64,000 nt of DNA from Candidatus Microgenomates bacterium (GCA_016204255.1 JACQLA010000003.1:106255-170254); one strand, 5' to 3'. Shown: positions 26,315 to 35,747, counted from the first letter of the stretch. Numbers and translations are program-made. The notes: generated by a model not told the origin, from the letters alone.

Positions 26315-28153
26315 ATGATAAATATTCGTAATGTCGCAATCATCGCCCATGTTGACCATGGGAAAACAACGCTGGTTGATGCTCTTTTGAAGCAGTCCAA
26401 AACAAAGCTGCATAAGGACACCGCTGAGTCGTTGATCATGGACAGCAACGAGCTTGAACAGGAGCGGGGGATAACGATTTTTTCTAAAAATGCCTCTGTT
26501 ACCTGGAATGGACCCGCCTTGCCTGACGGAAGTCGAGGCAGGACAAAAATTAACATTATTGATACTCCGGGACATGCAGATTTTGGTGGGGAAGTGGAGC
26601 GCGTTTTGAAATTGGCTGATGGCTGTCTGCTTTTAATTGATGCCAAAGAAGGCCCCATGCCACAAACAAGATTCGTCTTAAAAAAAGCGCTTGAGATGGG
26701 GCACAAAATTATTGTTGTAGTCAACAAAATTGATAAATCCGATGCGCGAGTTCACTATGTGTTAGGCAAGACGCTGGATTTGTTTTTAGAACTTGGCGCC
26801 AATGATGATATTGCCGATTTTCCCATCGTTTATGCCAGCGCTAAGCAAGGAAAAGCGGGTTTGACTGAAAATCTTAGTAGCATGATAGATATTTCTCCAA
26901 TTTTTGATATGATCCTTAAACAGATCCCTGCTCCCTCCGGTGATGCCGCCAAACCCTTACAAATGCTTATAACCTCAATTACAAGCGACCCCCACCGCGG
27001 AAGAGTCGCAATCGGCAGAATCTATAACGGCTCAATTAAAAATGGTGGGGAAATTATACACATCAACCGGAACGCTGAAGCAAAAAGATATAAATTAACA
27101 TCCCTTTCAACATTTGAAGGGCTTGATAAATTCGAGGTAAACGAAGCTTCGGCCGGAGACATTGTGGCTGTCACCGGTATCCCCGAAATAACAATCGGAG
27201 AAACAATCACCGATCCGTCGGCACCCATGGCTCTACCGCTTATCGCCATCGAGGAACCAACTATTCAAATAAAGTTTATGGTTAACAATTCCCCCTTTGC
27301 TGGCAGGGAAGGGGAGTATAAAACTTCACGGGAAATAAGAGCAAGGCTTTATAAAGAACTTGAGACCGATGTTGCTCTCCGCGTTGAAGATGATGCAAAT
27401 GGGTGGATAGTCTCAGGAAGAGGAGAACTTCACTTAGCAATACTTATTGAACGATTACGGCGGGAAGGCTACGAATTTCAAGTAGCCCGACCCCAAGTGA
27501 TTGACAAAGTCATCGACGGAGAAAAGCTGACACCTTACGAGAGAGTAATCATCGAAACTCCTGAAGACTTTAGCGGCATAGTTATGCAAAAATTGGGAGA
27601 GCGGCGGGCGGAACTGCAGGATATGAAAGTGGAGAATGGCATAGCCTATTTGGAATTTGTGGTTTCAACTAAAGGGTTATTTGGCTATCGCAGTGAATTT
27701 ATGACCGATACCCGCGGCCTTGGCATTATTAACGCCACTTTTCATAAATATAACAAGGATAACGGTTATCAAAATGACAAAGATCACGGATCTTTAGTGG
27801 CGTTTGAAACTGGTACTACCCGGCTTTACGGCCTAACTAACGTTCAGGATAGGGGAGCGCTTTTTGTTGGACCTGGAATTGAAGTTTATAAAGGACAGGT
27901 GGTGGGACAAAATGCCAAAGGCGGGGATATCAGAGTTAATGTTTGTAAGACAAAAAATCTGACAAACATGCGATCAAAAGGGGAGGGAGTATCGGTATAT
28001 TTTAAAACACCAAAAAACATGGGCCTTGAAGACGCGCTTGAATATATCGCCGATGATGAGTTTGTGGAAGTTACCCCTGAAAATGTCCGGATAAGAAAAA
28101 TAATTTTAGATGAGGTTGAAGCCCGCCGCAAGCGCTCCCAGGGGATTCAATAA
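26315..28153 (+). CDS. typA: Translational GTPase TypA/BipA
   Basis: NVAIIAHVDHGKTTLVD, DTPGHADFGGEVER, NKIDK G-motifs, then EF-G-like domains. ATG 26315 is preferred over the TTG at 26288. Confidence 0.95.
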   Translation: MINIRNVAIIAHVDHGKTTLVDALLKQSKTKLHKDTAESLIMDSNELEQERGITIFSKNASVTWNGPALPDGSRGRTKINIIDTPGHADFGGEVERVLKLADGCLLLIDAKEGPMPQTRFVLKKALEMGHKIIVVVNKIDKSDARVHYVLGKTLDLFLELGANDDIADFPIVYASAKQGKAGLTENLSSMIDISPIFDMILKQIPAPSGDAAKPLQMLITSITSDPHRGRVAIGRIYNGSIKNGGEIIHINRNAEAKRYKLTSLSTFEGLDKFEVNEASAGDIVAVTGIPEITIGETITDPSAPMALPLIAIEEPTIQIKFMVNNSPFAGREGEYKTSREIRARLYKELETDVALRVEDDANGWIVSGRGELHLAILIERLRREGYEFQVARPQVIDKVIDGEKLTPYERVIIETPEDFSGIVMQKLGERRAELQDMKVENGIAYLEFVVSTKGLFGYRSEFMTDTRGLGIINATFHKYNKDNGYQNDKDHGSLVAFETGTTRLYGLTNVQDRGALFVGPGIEVYKGQVVGQNAKGGDIRVNVCKTKNLTNMRSKGEGVSVYFKTPKNMGLEDALEYIADDEFVEVTPENVRIRKIILDEVEARRKRSQGIQ

Positions 28154-28168
28154 ATCCCTCCCTTCGCG

Positions 28169-29473
28169 CTATTCTTTGTTATTCGTTAGACTATCTCTTA
28201 TATGCTGATGCCTCCATACCTGGTAGTATTGATCCCACTCTTGATCGGATATTTCTTTTCCACTTGCTAAGCGTAAATTAATAATATCTTCTAGTCCATA
28301 ACTTGCTGATGAAAAAATATGTTGTACTTCAGCACCGGTAACCAAAGGTTTTAATCGCTCATCCAGTCTATTTAAAATCCCCCTCATGTGCGCCAACCCA
28401 ATAAAACCGAATATATTAGTAGGCTTTTCTTGACTCTCAGGTTCTTGAGCAATCTCATTTATTAAACGGGCAAATTCTATATCTCTTGAGCTGATTATGT
28501 CCCGGGCATAGTTCACAAAAAATTCTTTAAATTCATCTCTTGAATTGATATATCTATATCCCTGCTTAAAATCATTCACTCGTTTTTTCATTTCATCCGG
28601 CGGGATTTTATTATCTTCGTAGCGAGCCTCAATCTGGTAACCTTGATTTTGTAATAAATCAAGAGCAAGTAAGTATCCCAAGACAAAATTATGAGTATCA
28701 TTATCGGATTGCATAATAATATCAGTTATCTGCCTTATTGTTTTTAAGCTGATTACTTTTTTTTCTCGTTTTAAAAGTGTCGCCATATAAGCCATTGTGT
28801 GAGAACCGTATTGCCGATAAAAAAATTTATGATCTTTTGGCGCACTGCTTGGCATATCAGCAGCCTCGAGTAAGGCAATATTTCTTTCTCCCTGGCGAAA
28901 TGTTCCTCTTATATCATCTGCTAGTAATTGGGCAATATCTAGAATATCGCTAGCCTTTTCAACGCTATGAGCCCCAAATCTTAATGTGCCTTTAAAATAT
29001 TGTGCCGGTTGTCGCTCGTTCGTTTTGCCGAATTTTTCTCTTAATTTTTCTAATAATTCTTCATACTGAGATACTATTTCGGCTTTTTCATCGTCATCAC
29101 TAAACTGTCTAATTTGAAATGAAAGGATATCTTCAGTCATCCGAAAGGCTTCGCCTGATTCGCAGAAATGATCTATTTTTCTAACTGATTTTTTACGCTC
29201 ATGGGAGGGTTTATTTTGGTTTAACATCCAACCGGCAATAAGATCAAATGATTCCTTTTGAACTTCTGACTGTCCTTGATCATAATCGGGAATGACAATT
29301 CGCCCAAGCAAAGAACGATTTTTAATGACCGCGTCTGTCAACGGATTGTTAAAAATTGATGTATCGGCCGTAGGAAGCGCAGGATTCACCTCTCCTTCAT
29401 CAGGATAAAGGTGAGGAATATGTTGATTAAATGGTTTACGTGCTATCTCTTTTGCTACGGACATAACGGGCAA
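28169..29473 (-). CDS. Orphan 434-aa soluble protein, the only gene inside the typA 3'-end insertion
   Basis: Long ORF filling the segment bounded by the two typA 3'-end copies. No TM or signal peptide and no family recognised. Confidence 0.65.
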   Translation of the reverse strand: MPVMSVAKEIARKPFNQHIPHLYPDEGEVNPALPTADTSIFNNPLTDAVIKNRSLLGRIVIPDYDQGQSEVQKESFDLIAGWMLNQNKPSHERKKSVRKIDHFCESGEAFRMTEDILSFQIRQFSDDDEKAEIVSQYEELLEKLREKFGKTNERQPAQYFKGTLRFGAHSVEKASDILDIAQLLADDIRGTFRQGERNIALLEAADMPSSAPKDHKFFYRQYGSHTMAYMATLLKREKKVISLKTIRQITDIIMQSDNDTHNFVLGYLLALDLLQNQGYQIEARYEDNKIPPDEMKKRVNDFKQGYRYINSRDEFKEFFVNYARDIISSRDIEFARLINEIAQEPESQEKPTNIFGFIGLAHMRGILNRLDERLKPLVTGAEVQHIFSSASYGLEDIINLRLASGKEISDQEWDQYYQVWRHQHIRDSLTNNKE

Positions 29474-29513
29474 TTATATTACAAACCACATCTTCAGTCA
29501 ATTGAAAAATACC

Positions 29514-29578
29514 ATAAGAAAAATAATTTAGATGAGGTTGAAGCCCGCCGCAAACGTTCACAGGGAATACAATCCTAA
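29514..29578 (+). pseudogene. Displaced, diverged copy of the last ~63 nt of typA
   Basis: ATAAGAAAAATAATTT-AGATGAGGTTGAAGCCCGCCGCAAACGTTCACAGGGAATACAATCCTAA versus 28091-28153. One 1-nt deletion. Five third-position synonymous differences over the DEVEARRKRSQGIQ codons. One extra Ser codon before TAA. Confidence 0.8.
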
Positions 29579-29590
29579 CCACCGAATGGT

Positions 29591-30235
29591 TTATTTCAAT
29601 CTCAAACTCTCTTCCGCGATTTTTGGTTGAAGTTCTTGGGGAAACAATTCAATTTCCGCTTTCATCCAACCAATAATATCCCTAAGTAGAGGAGAATTTG
29701 GTTCTTCAGTGATAAGAACCTCTTCAAATGCAAGGACATAATGGCGACTGATCTCAGATTGTAAATTGGAATCATCCCTTGAAACCAAGGAACCTAAAAA
29801 TGCAGCAAAACCTTCAATTAACGCGCCAGATGCCGATGCTCCATAACTTGGATATTCCGGATCGATCTTCGCCCAAGACGGATATTCACGAGCCGCCCTT
29901 TCTATAGTTGAAGTGATAATTTTTGCAGTTTCACCAGACGCATAAAACATTTTGCGGGCTTCTTCTAGGGAGGGTATTTTCGTTCCTTTTAAATCCGCGG
30001 CGAAAAAATTAATGTCCCTAAATTCTGGGGGACGACCCGGATTTTCCACCAACTCATTAAGACGCCTGTTTACGTATTCAAAATCCTCAACTCTCTTTTC
30101 TCTTTCATTTGCTTCCAAACCCAACCAGCCCAAAGACTTATTGAGATCAGAATTGACTTCTCCCTCTTTCCTCAATTTCCATCTGGTCACCAAAGACAAC
30201 TCTTCCGCAGCAGATTTTTTTCGATCTTCCAGCAT
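29591..30235 (-). CDS. Orphan 214-aa soluble protein
   Basis: ORF ending 12 nt from the displaced typA remnant. No family recognised. Confidence 0.6.
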   Translation of the reverse strand: MLEDRKKSAAEELSLVTRWKLRKEGEVNSDLNKSLGWLGLEANEREKRVEDFEYVNRRLNELVENPGRPPEFRDINFFAADLKGTKIPSLEEARKMFYASGETAKIITSTIERAAREYPSWAKIDPEYPSYGASASGALIEGFAAFLGSLVSRDDSNLQSEISRHYVLAFEEVLITEEPNSPLLRDIIGWMKAEIELFPQELQPKIAEESLRLK

Positions 30236-30331
30236 GGGTTTAATTTTAGCACATTAACAAATTTGTAATGAAAACCACTGCAAATAAATAATTTTGAGAG
30301 TATAAATTATATGCTGACCCAGGAGGTTAAT

Positions 30332-30460
30332 ATGCCAATAGAACAATATACTTGTACCGTTTGCGGCCAGACGTTTAGTGACGAAGCGTCTCTTCGCGAT
30401 CACATGGTTAAACAGCATGCCACCAAAGAAGTCACTTCTGAAGAAGGGGAAGAAAAATAA
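30332..30460 (+). CDS. 42-aa classical C2H2 zinc-finger protein
   Basis: Not in the ORF track (under 60 aa). AGGAGG at 30321-30326, ATG 30332. MPIEQYTCTVCGQTFSDEASLRDHMVKQHATKEVTSEEGEEK fits C-x2-C-x3-F-x5-L-x2-H-x4-H exactly. Confidence 0.6.
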   Translation: MPIEQYTCTVCGQTFSDEASLRDHMVKQHATKEVTSEEGEEK

Positions 30461-30493
30461 TTTTAAGGCGGTTAGAACGGCAAATCAAACCCA

Positions 30494-31720
30494 TTACGAA
30501 CCCAAACTAAAGGCGGTTTCTTCCAACATTGTGTTGAAATTGAAAAATTGTTTTTCTGATGTGAATTTTTCTTTAACAGTTTTTATACCGGCCTTAATAA
30601 ATCTGTTTCGCGTTGAATGGTCGTTGACTAGCTTTTCTATTTTTTGAGCAAGAATACTTGAATCATCGGGTGGAACCAAATATCCATTATAAGAGTCGCT
30701 AATAATTTCAGGAATACCGCCGACTTTAGTCCCTATAACGGGCACCCCGCAACTCATTGCTTCAATAAATACCTGACCGAATGTCTCATTTTCAGAAGGT
30801 AAAACAAAAAGATCTGATCCTTTATATACTTCAGGCATTTCATGCAATTTAAACATTTTTAGAATCGTATTTTTTTCAACATTATGAAGTTTGATATACC
30901 CCTGAAGCATTTCATAAGCAATGGTAAATTCATCTTTTAGATTTTCCGGCGGCTTACCGATAGCGATAAGCAGCTTTAAATTGGGGTATCGAGGAGAAAG
31001 TTTTGAAAACGCCTGGATTAAGTTAATTATTCCCTTTGCCTGAAGAATATTTTTCTTCCCCCGAATAATTCTAGTCGCTATTAAAATAATTCTAGTATTT
31101 GTTGATAAATTTAATTGTTTTTTTAAATTTTCATGCCCGGCTGTTCTGATGTTAAATTCTTCTGTGTTAACGCCTAGATAGTGAGTTGTCAGATAGTTAA
31201 TATCCGTACCTTTTTGAAAACAGTCACCGGCTACACTTTTACTCACACAGCTAATTCTGTCCCATTTTAGCTCGTTAACAAGCTCTGTCTGAAGTTCGGT
31301 AGTAGCAAATGAATGAAGTTGTAAAATTAAAGGGATTTTTTGAGACACAGCTACCATATTAAGCAACAAGCTGTATGCGGGGGGAAGATCGGTATGAAAA
31401 TTTTCAGCACAAATAATATTGATGTTATTTGTTTTAATAATTCGCGCTACATTCTCTGAAAATACTTGTGCTTTTTTTGAAATTTCTTTTTTAGTTGTTA
31501 CGTTGCTTCTGGATAAAAAAAGATTTTTATCATAGTAAATCGTTACATTACCATCTTTTTCAACACGATCTTCTTTATCAGTAGGCAGCATCAGATACAA
31601 TTGTAATTCTGAAACCTTATTTTTATAGTAAACGATAAGATTGGTGATATAACGTTCTATGCCGCCTATGCTTTCAAAGGGAGAGTTCCTGCTGATAAAT
31701 AAGGGGTTCATGTTACTCAA
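30494..31720 (-). CDS. Glycosyltransferase family 4 (GT-B, RfaG-like)
   Basis: 408 aa. C-terminal LFVLPSENETFGQVFIEAMSCGVPVIGTKVGGIPEII is the GT4 E-x7-E region. Confidence 0.85.
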   Translation of the reverse strand: MSNMNPLFISRNSPFESIGGIERYITNLIVYYKNKVSELQLYLMLPTDKEDRVEKDGNVTIYYDKNLFLSRSNVTTKKEISKKAQVFSENVARIIKTNNINIICAENFHTDLPPAYSLLLNMVAVSQKIPLILQLHSFATTELQTELVNELKWDRISCVSKSVAGDCFQKGTDINYLTTHYLGVNTEEFNIRTAGHENLKKQLNLSTNTRIILIATRIIRGKKNILQAKGIINLIQAFSKLSPRYPNLKLLIAIGKPPENLKDEFTIAYEMLQGYIKLHNVEKNTILKMFKLHEMPEVYKGSDLFVLPSENETFGQVFIEAMSCGVPVIGTKVGGIPEIISDSYNGYLVPPDDSSILAQKIEKLVNDHSTRNRFIKAGIKTVKEKFTSEKQFFNFNTMLEETAFSLGS

Positions 31721-33185
31721 GGAATGTCAGGGCGGTACCTCTTTTTCCTGCTCTTCCGGTTCTTCCAATCCGATGTACATAGTCATCATAAGAGGTAGGA
31801 GCATCATAATTTATTACATGAGTTACATCCTCTATATCAAGACCGCGGGAGGCAACGTCTGTTGCAATTAATATCTGGGCCTGATTTTGTTTAAATTTTT
31901 GCAAAGCTCGCTGACGCTGATTCTGAGATTTGTTACCATGGATTGCAACAGCCTTAAAACCACGTTCGGCTAAAATATGGGACAATTTCTCCGCACCCCA
32001 TTTTGTCCGGCCGAAGATTATAACTTTATTAAATCCCGGTTGAATCAAAAGATCATGCAGCACATCTATCTTTTGGCGATTACCCGACAAGCGCACTATA
32101 TCTTGATCGATATTATCCGCCGCATCCTGGTTTTTTACAGATACCGTTACAGGATTTGTCACAAAACTTTGCAGAATCTCTTTTGTTTTACCATCAACCG
32201 TAGCGGAAAAAAACAATGATTGACGTACTTTTGGAAGAAGTGAAATAAGATATTTAATGTCGTTTATAAATCCTATATCAACCATGCGGTCCACCTCATC
32301 GAGCACAATATTTTGAAAAAGCATCAAATTCAGAACTCTTCTTTCTATTAAGTCCTTCAGTCTTCCCGGGGTACCAATAACAAAATGGGGGTTGCGCCTC
32401 AACCCATATGTCTGTTGCCCGATAGCTGCTCCTCCGACCGCAGCAACAGCCTCAAGACCCATTCCCTTTGCAAATATGGCGAACTCTTCTGAAATTTGTA
32501 TTGCAAGTTCGCGCGTCGGGACAACTATTAAAACTCTTTGGTTTCGATCATTATGGCATTTATTGATAAGAGATATAAGAAAGGCGGCGGTTTTCCCCGT
32601 ACCCGTATTAGCAATACCGATCAGGTCGCGTCCATTAAGTATCTCCGGGATTGCTTTTTCCTGAATTGCCGTGGGAGTGACATAACCGTGATCGGCAATA
32701 TTGCGTTTTATCTTTTCTACTACATTATACCCAGAAAATTGCATACCTGAAGTATTTACCACAGGCTGAACATTTGATTCATTTGCTTTCTTAATAAAAA
32801 GCCTTGGATCAAGTTTTCCATTTTTCCGATTGCCTCTTGGAGCATTTGTTTTCCGATCGGAATAAGAATGGCGATCGCCCCTTGAACTGTAGCTTCTTTG
32901 TCTGAAATTACGCACATCTAACTTCCTGTCTGTCTGTGGCTTTGCTTCATCCACCGCAATTGAACGGCCATCAAGCTGTGAACCGTTTAATTGATTCATC
33001 GCTTTTTTGGCTTCTTCCGGCGTTGCCATTTCGACAAAACCAAAACCCTTGCTTTGCCCTGTGTTTTTATCCACTATAACCGTTGCTGATACCACTTTGC
33101 CGGTTTTTGAAAAGTGTCTTCCGAGCTGTGAATCAGTTGTTGAGTAGTTAAGACTTCCTATAAATAATCTAGCTGTCATTTTCAT
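31713..33185 (-). CDS. DEAD-box RNA helicase with an N-terminal canonical RRM domain
   Basis: RNP2 LFIGSL and RNP1 KGFGFVEM in aa 1-85. Arg/Ser-rich linker. Q motif TPTAIQ, motif I ANTGTGKTAAF, motif II VLDEVDRM, SAT, HRIGRTGRAG. Confidence 0.9.
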   Translation of the reverse strand: MKMTARLFIGSLNYSTTDSQLGRHFSKTGKVVSATVIVDKNTGQSKGFGFVEMATPEEAKKAMNQLNGSQLDGRSIAVDEAKPQTDRKLDVRNFRQRSYSSRGDRHSYSDRKTNAPRGNRKNGKLDPRLFIKKANESNVQPVVNTSGMQFSGYNVVEKIKRNIADHGYVTPTAIQEKAIPEILNGRDLIGIANTGTGKTAAFLISLINKCHNDRNQRVLIVVPTRELAIQISEEFAIFAKGMGLEAVAAVGGAAIGQQTYGLRRNPHFVIGTPGRLKDLIERRVLNLMLFQNIVLDEVDRMVDIGFINDIKYLISLLPKVRQSLFFSATVDGKTKEILQSFVTNPVTVSVKNQDAADNIDQDIVRLSGNRQKIDVLHDLLIQPGFNKVIIFGRTKWGAEKLSHILAERGFKAVAIHGNKSQNQRQRALQKFKQNQAQILIATDVASRGLDIEDVTHVINYDAPTSYDDYVHRIGRTGRAGKRGTALTFLE

Positions 33186-33502
33186 CCTTCCTTAAATTTA
33201 TCGATAATACAAAAATATCTCTGCTCAAAGATGAAGTGGTTTTAGTTGTAAGAAAGATACAAGTGGAAAAAATGAGGTATCTTAATCTTTATTTAAAAAC
33301 TCAATCAAAATGTAAGCAGATGTACTCGTGTACAATCTGCGACTAAATGCATTATACCACAAACCACCAAGTTTATCCAATAGACTATAGGTTAGATATA
33401 AGACAGTTTACTACTTCTTAATACCTAAGGCCCAGCCTAAAGGGATATTAGAAAAACAAACCATTACTTTAAGCTCGACCTTGAAACGATTATTTTTTTA
33501 TT

Positions 33503-34336
33503 TTAGACACTTGAATATAATTTTCTATTTTTAATTTCCTCGACAATATTACCAATCATTCCATCGTAGGAATACTCCGGTAAATGTAAAGATTTTAGCT
33601 TTTCTAAATTATCAGTTTCTATTGGCTCAGTATCGTGTTTATCAATAGGCCTTACTTCAATATTAAATTCACTAAGAATATCATTGGCAATATCGTATCG
33701 GGACTTGAGTTCCGGAACGGCTATCGGAATTATTTCATTTACGATGGGTCTTTCCAGCACACATTTTATTATCTCAGAGATATGCCGAAGGTAGGTGGGT
33801 TGAAACTCCCACGAAGTATCATAAACCGCTTCGGTTTTTTGATCTAAGTTTTTTAAAATTCGATTAAATGGCCGGTCATTTACTGTGTTGGGACTGAAGC
33901 CGATGATTAAAGACGGTCTTAGTATTACATACCCTCTTTCTGTATCTTGCACATATAGTTCACTTTGCCGTTTTGTATTGCTGTAGATGTTGTGAGGATG
34001 TATTGCTGCAAACGAAGACACCAATACTACTTTAGCTCCATACTCGTTTGCCGACCGTACTATAAACTTCGTTGATTCTTGATTTAGCGCTATTGCCGAC
34101 TTAGGATTTGCTTCACACCAACGTGCATTCGCATTTGCTGTAGCATGAATAATAAAATCCGGCTTTAACTTACTTAGTAGATTATTAATCTCTTGCCGAT
34201 CTGTAATATTTAGATGAATAAACTTATCCGAAAGCCTAGTTCCATAATAAGTGCCGGTTATATTAAAATCTCTAGACAGATCAAAAAATAATCTGGCGCC
34301 AACATAACTGCTAGCCCCAGTTAACAACACTTTCAT
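33503..34336 (-). CDS. NAD-dependent epimerase/reductase (RmlD/SDR-like)
   Basis: ATG 34336 (MKVLLTGASSYVGARL, Rossmann GxxxxxG) is preferred over the track start at 34384. YSNTK catalytic Y-x3-K. Confidence 0.75.
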   Translation of the reverse strand: MKVLLTGASSYVGARLFFDLSRDFNITGTYYGTRLSDKFIHLNITDRQEINNLLSKLKPDFIIHATANANARWCEANPKSAIALNQESTKFIVRSANEYGAKVVLVSSFAAIHPHNIYSNTKRQSELYVQDTERGYVILRPSLIIGFSPNTVNDRPFNRILKNLDQKTEAVYDTSWEFQPTYLRHISEIIKCVLERPIVNEIIPIAVPELKSRYDIANDILSEFNIEVRPIDKHDTEPIETDNLEKLKSLHLPEYSYDGMIGNIVEEIKNRKLYSSV

Positions 34337-34441
34337 ATTTGAAGTATACCAAAAGCAACATGGACCACAACTTAAATTCGACACTGTGCCTTACGCCGGG
34401 GAACTTGGTTCTGGACTATATAGAAACTTTTATAATGATTG

Positions 34442-35008
34442 TTAGATTAAATCGCCGAAGAAAATTGTAAATTTTTTTGTCTCCCAATTGAATACCGCTA
34501 AATCAGGCTGCTTCATGTTTTCCACCAATTCAAAAGCGTCTCCTTTTGTATATTGAACGGCAAAGCTGGCTAAAATATTTCCATGGGAGACTATACCAAT
34601 ATCCTTTTTATCTTTTTCTGTAATGAAAATGTCATTGATTGCTTTATTGAAACGTGCTAACGCCTCTTTACCTGTTTCTCCGTTGTTGATGCGACTATTT
34701 TCATTTGAAAAATATTCTTTTGTATTTTTCTCAAGCTGTTCTAAGTTAACAAACTTATTTGTAAAAGAGGTTGTTTCCGTTAATCTGTTATCTATCTTAA
34801 TAGGAATTCCACTATTTTTTGTTGCTAAAATTGCAGTCTCAAGTGCTTTTGGTTGCAAACTAGCATAGATAACATCCAGCTCTTTTATTTTCTTTAGGTT
34901 ATTTAGTTTTTTCGCTAAACTAACTCCTTCTTCAGATAATCCCCAGGTAGTTATGGGAATATCAGGATTAATAAGTGATTTGGAGTGCCTAATGAAAACT
35001 ATATTCAT
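34442..35008 (-). CDS. Histidine phosphatase (phosphoglycerate-mutase-like) family protein
   Basis: 188 aa. N-terminal IVFIRHSKS (RH motif) and VSHGNIL. Confidence 0.75.
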   Translation of the reverse strand: MNIVFIRHSKSLINPDIPITTWGLSEEGVSLAKKLNNLKKIKELDVIYASLQPKALETAILATKNSGIPIKIDNRLTETTSFTNKFVNLEQLEKNTKEYFSNENSRINNGETGKEALARFNKAINDIFITEKDKKDIGIVSHGNILASFAVQYTKGDAFELVENMKQPDLAVFNWETKKFTIFFGDLI

Positions 35009-35086
35009 GAGGTAAGTATATCAAAAGAAGCAGAACACATTTCGCATATCATAAAAACTGGCTCTTATTAACTACGTTGGAAATTT

Positions 35087-35473
35087 TTATTCAGGTAAAT
35101 TTTCGTATCTTCCATCCTTATAGGGCGGGAAGCAGACCTCATAAACAACTAAACTAGAATCTTGAACAGATTGCCACTGCATTCTTTCTCCAATTTTTAC
35201 AGTTATTTCAAATGGCTTTTTAGTAGATTCATTAACTGGATATTCTCGCTTTGTTCCATCACTTTGGATTATTATAAGCTTTCCTTGTCCAGATAGATAT
35301 CCTTCAATTGTTTTTTCGCCTTTTAATACCTTTTGAAGAGGCGTTTTGCTGCGGGGATTTATCTTAATTATTCCAAGATCTTTACTATCATCTTCGTCAA
35401 ATATATATACATCGCAAGTTACACCTTTGGCAACATTAAGAGTTTTAATAAATGTATAGTTTGAAGTCTTCCA
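35087..35473 (-). pseudogene. Cupin-like beta-barrel ORF without a canonical start codon
   Basis: Stop-to-stop open frame of 128 codons, translated by hand (...GYLSGQGKLIIIQSDGTKREYPVNESTKKPFEITVKIGERMQWQSV...VYEVCFPPYKDGRYENLPE). The only ATG/GTG/TTG is near the C-terminus, so it is absent from the ORF track. Confidence 0.3.
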
Positions 35474-35554
35474 CTATATTCAAATGCGGACAATCCTTTC
35501 ATAATCTGATTATATCAAAGAGGGTGCCGTGATATCCAACGCTATAGGAAAAAG

Positions 35555-35625
35555 CTGCGAGGGATGGATTCGAACCATCATAACCACCTCCAAAGGGTGA
35601 TGTCCTACCATTAGACGACCTCGCA
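35555..35625 (-). tRNA. tRNA-Gln (TTG)
   Basis: U1-A72 acceptor UGCGAGG/CCUCGCA, G73, anticodon arm UCACC-CUUUGGA-GGUGG, T arm GAUGG-UUCGAAU-CCAUC. Confidence 0.9.
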
Positions 35626-35676
35626 TTAACTTGGATAGTGCTAAAAGGGGAGCAGACTGCCCTTAAAACGAATTTG

Positions 35677-35747
35677 AGCGGGTAACGGGAGTCGAACCCG
35701 TGCCTCGTCCTTGGCAAGGACGCATAATACCGCTATACTATACCCGC
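35677..35747 (-). tRNA. tRNA-Gly (GCC)
   Basis: Acceptor GCGGGUA/UACCCGC, anticodon arm CGUCC-UUGCCAA-GGACG, T arm ACGGG-UUCGACU-CCCGU. Confidence 0.9.

Noticed and set aside
28169-30235. Idea that the 434-aa and 214-aa orphans share the 46-aa repeat of the 635-aa protein
   Set aside because: Only short motifs (MRGI, GAE, YGL, PSY) occur in the same order, with different spacing, and no gapless alignment is possible by eye. It is kept as a hypothesis inside a finding, not as an annotation.
30378-30647. Track ORF of 89 aa overlapping the 3' end of the glycosyltransferase gene
   Set aside because: It is out of frame with the RBS-preceded C2H2 ORF (30332-30460) and antisense to the GT4 gene. 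It has no motif support.
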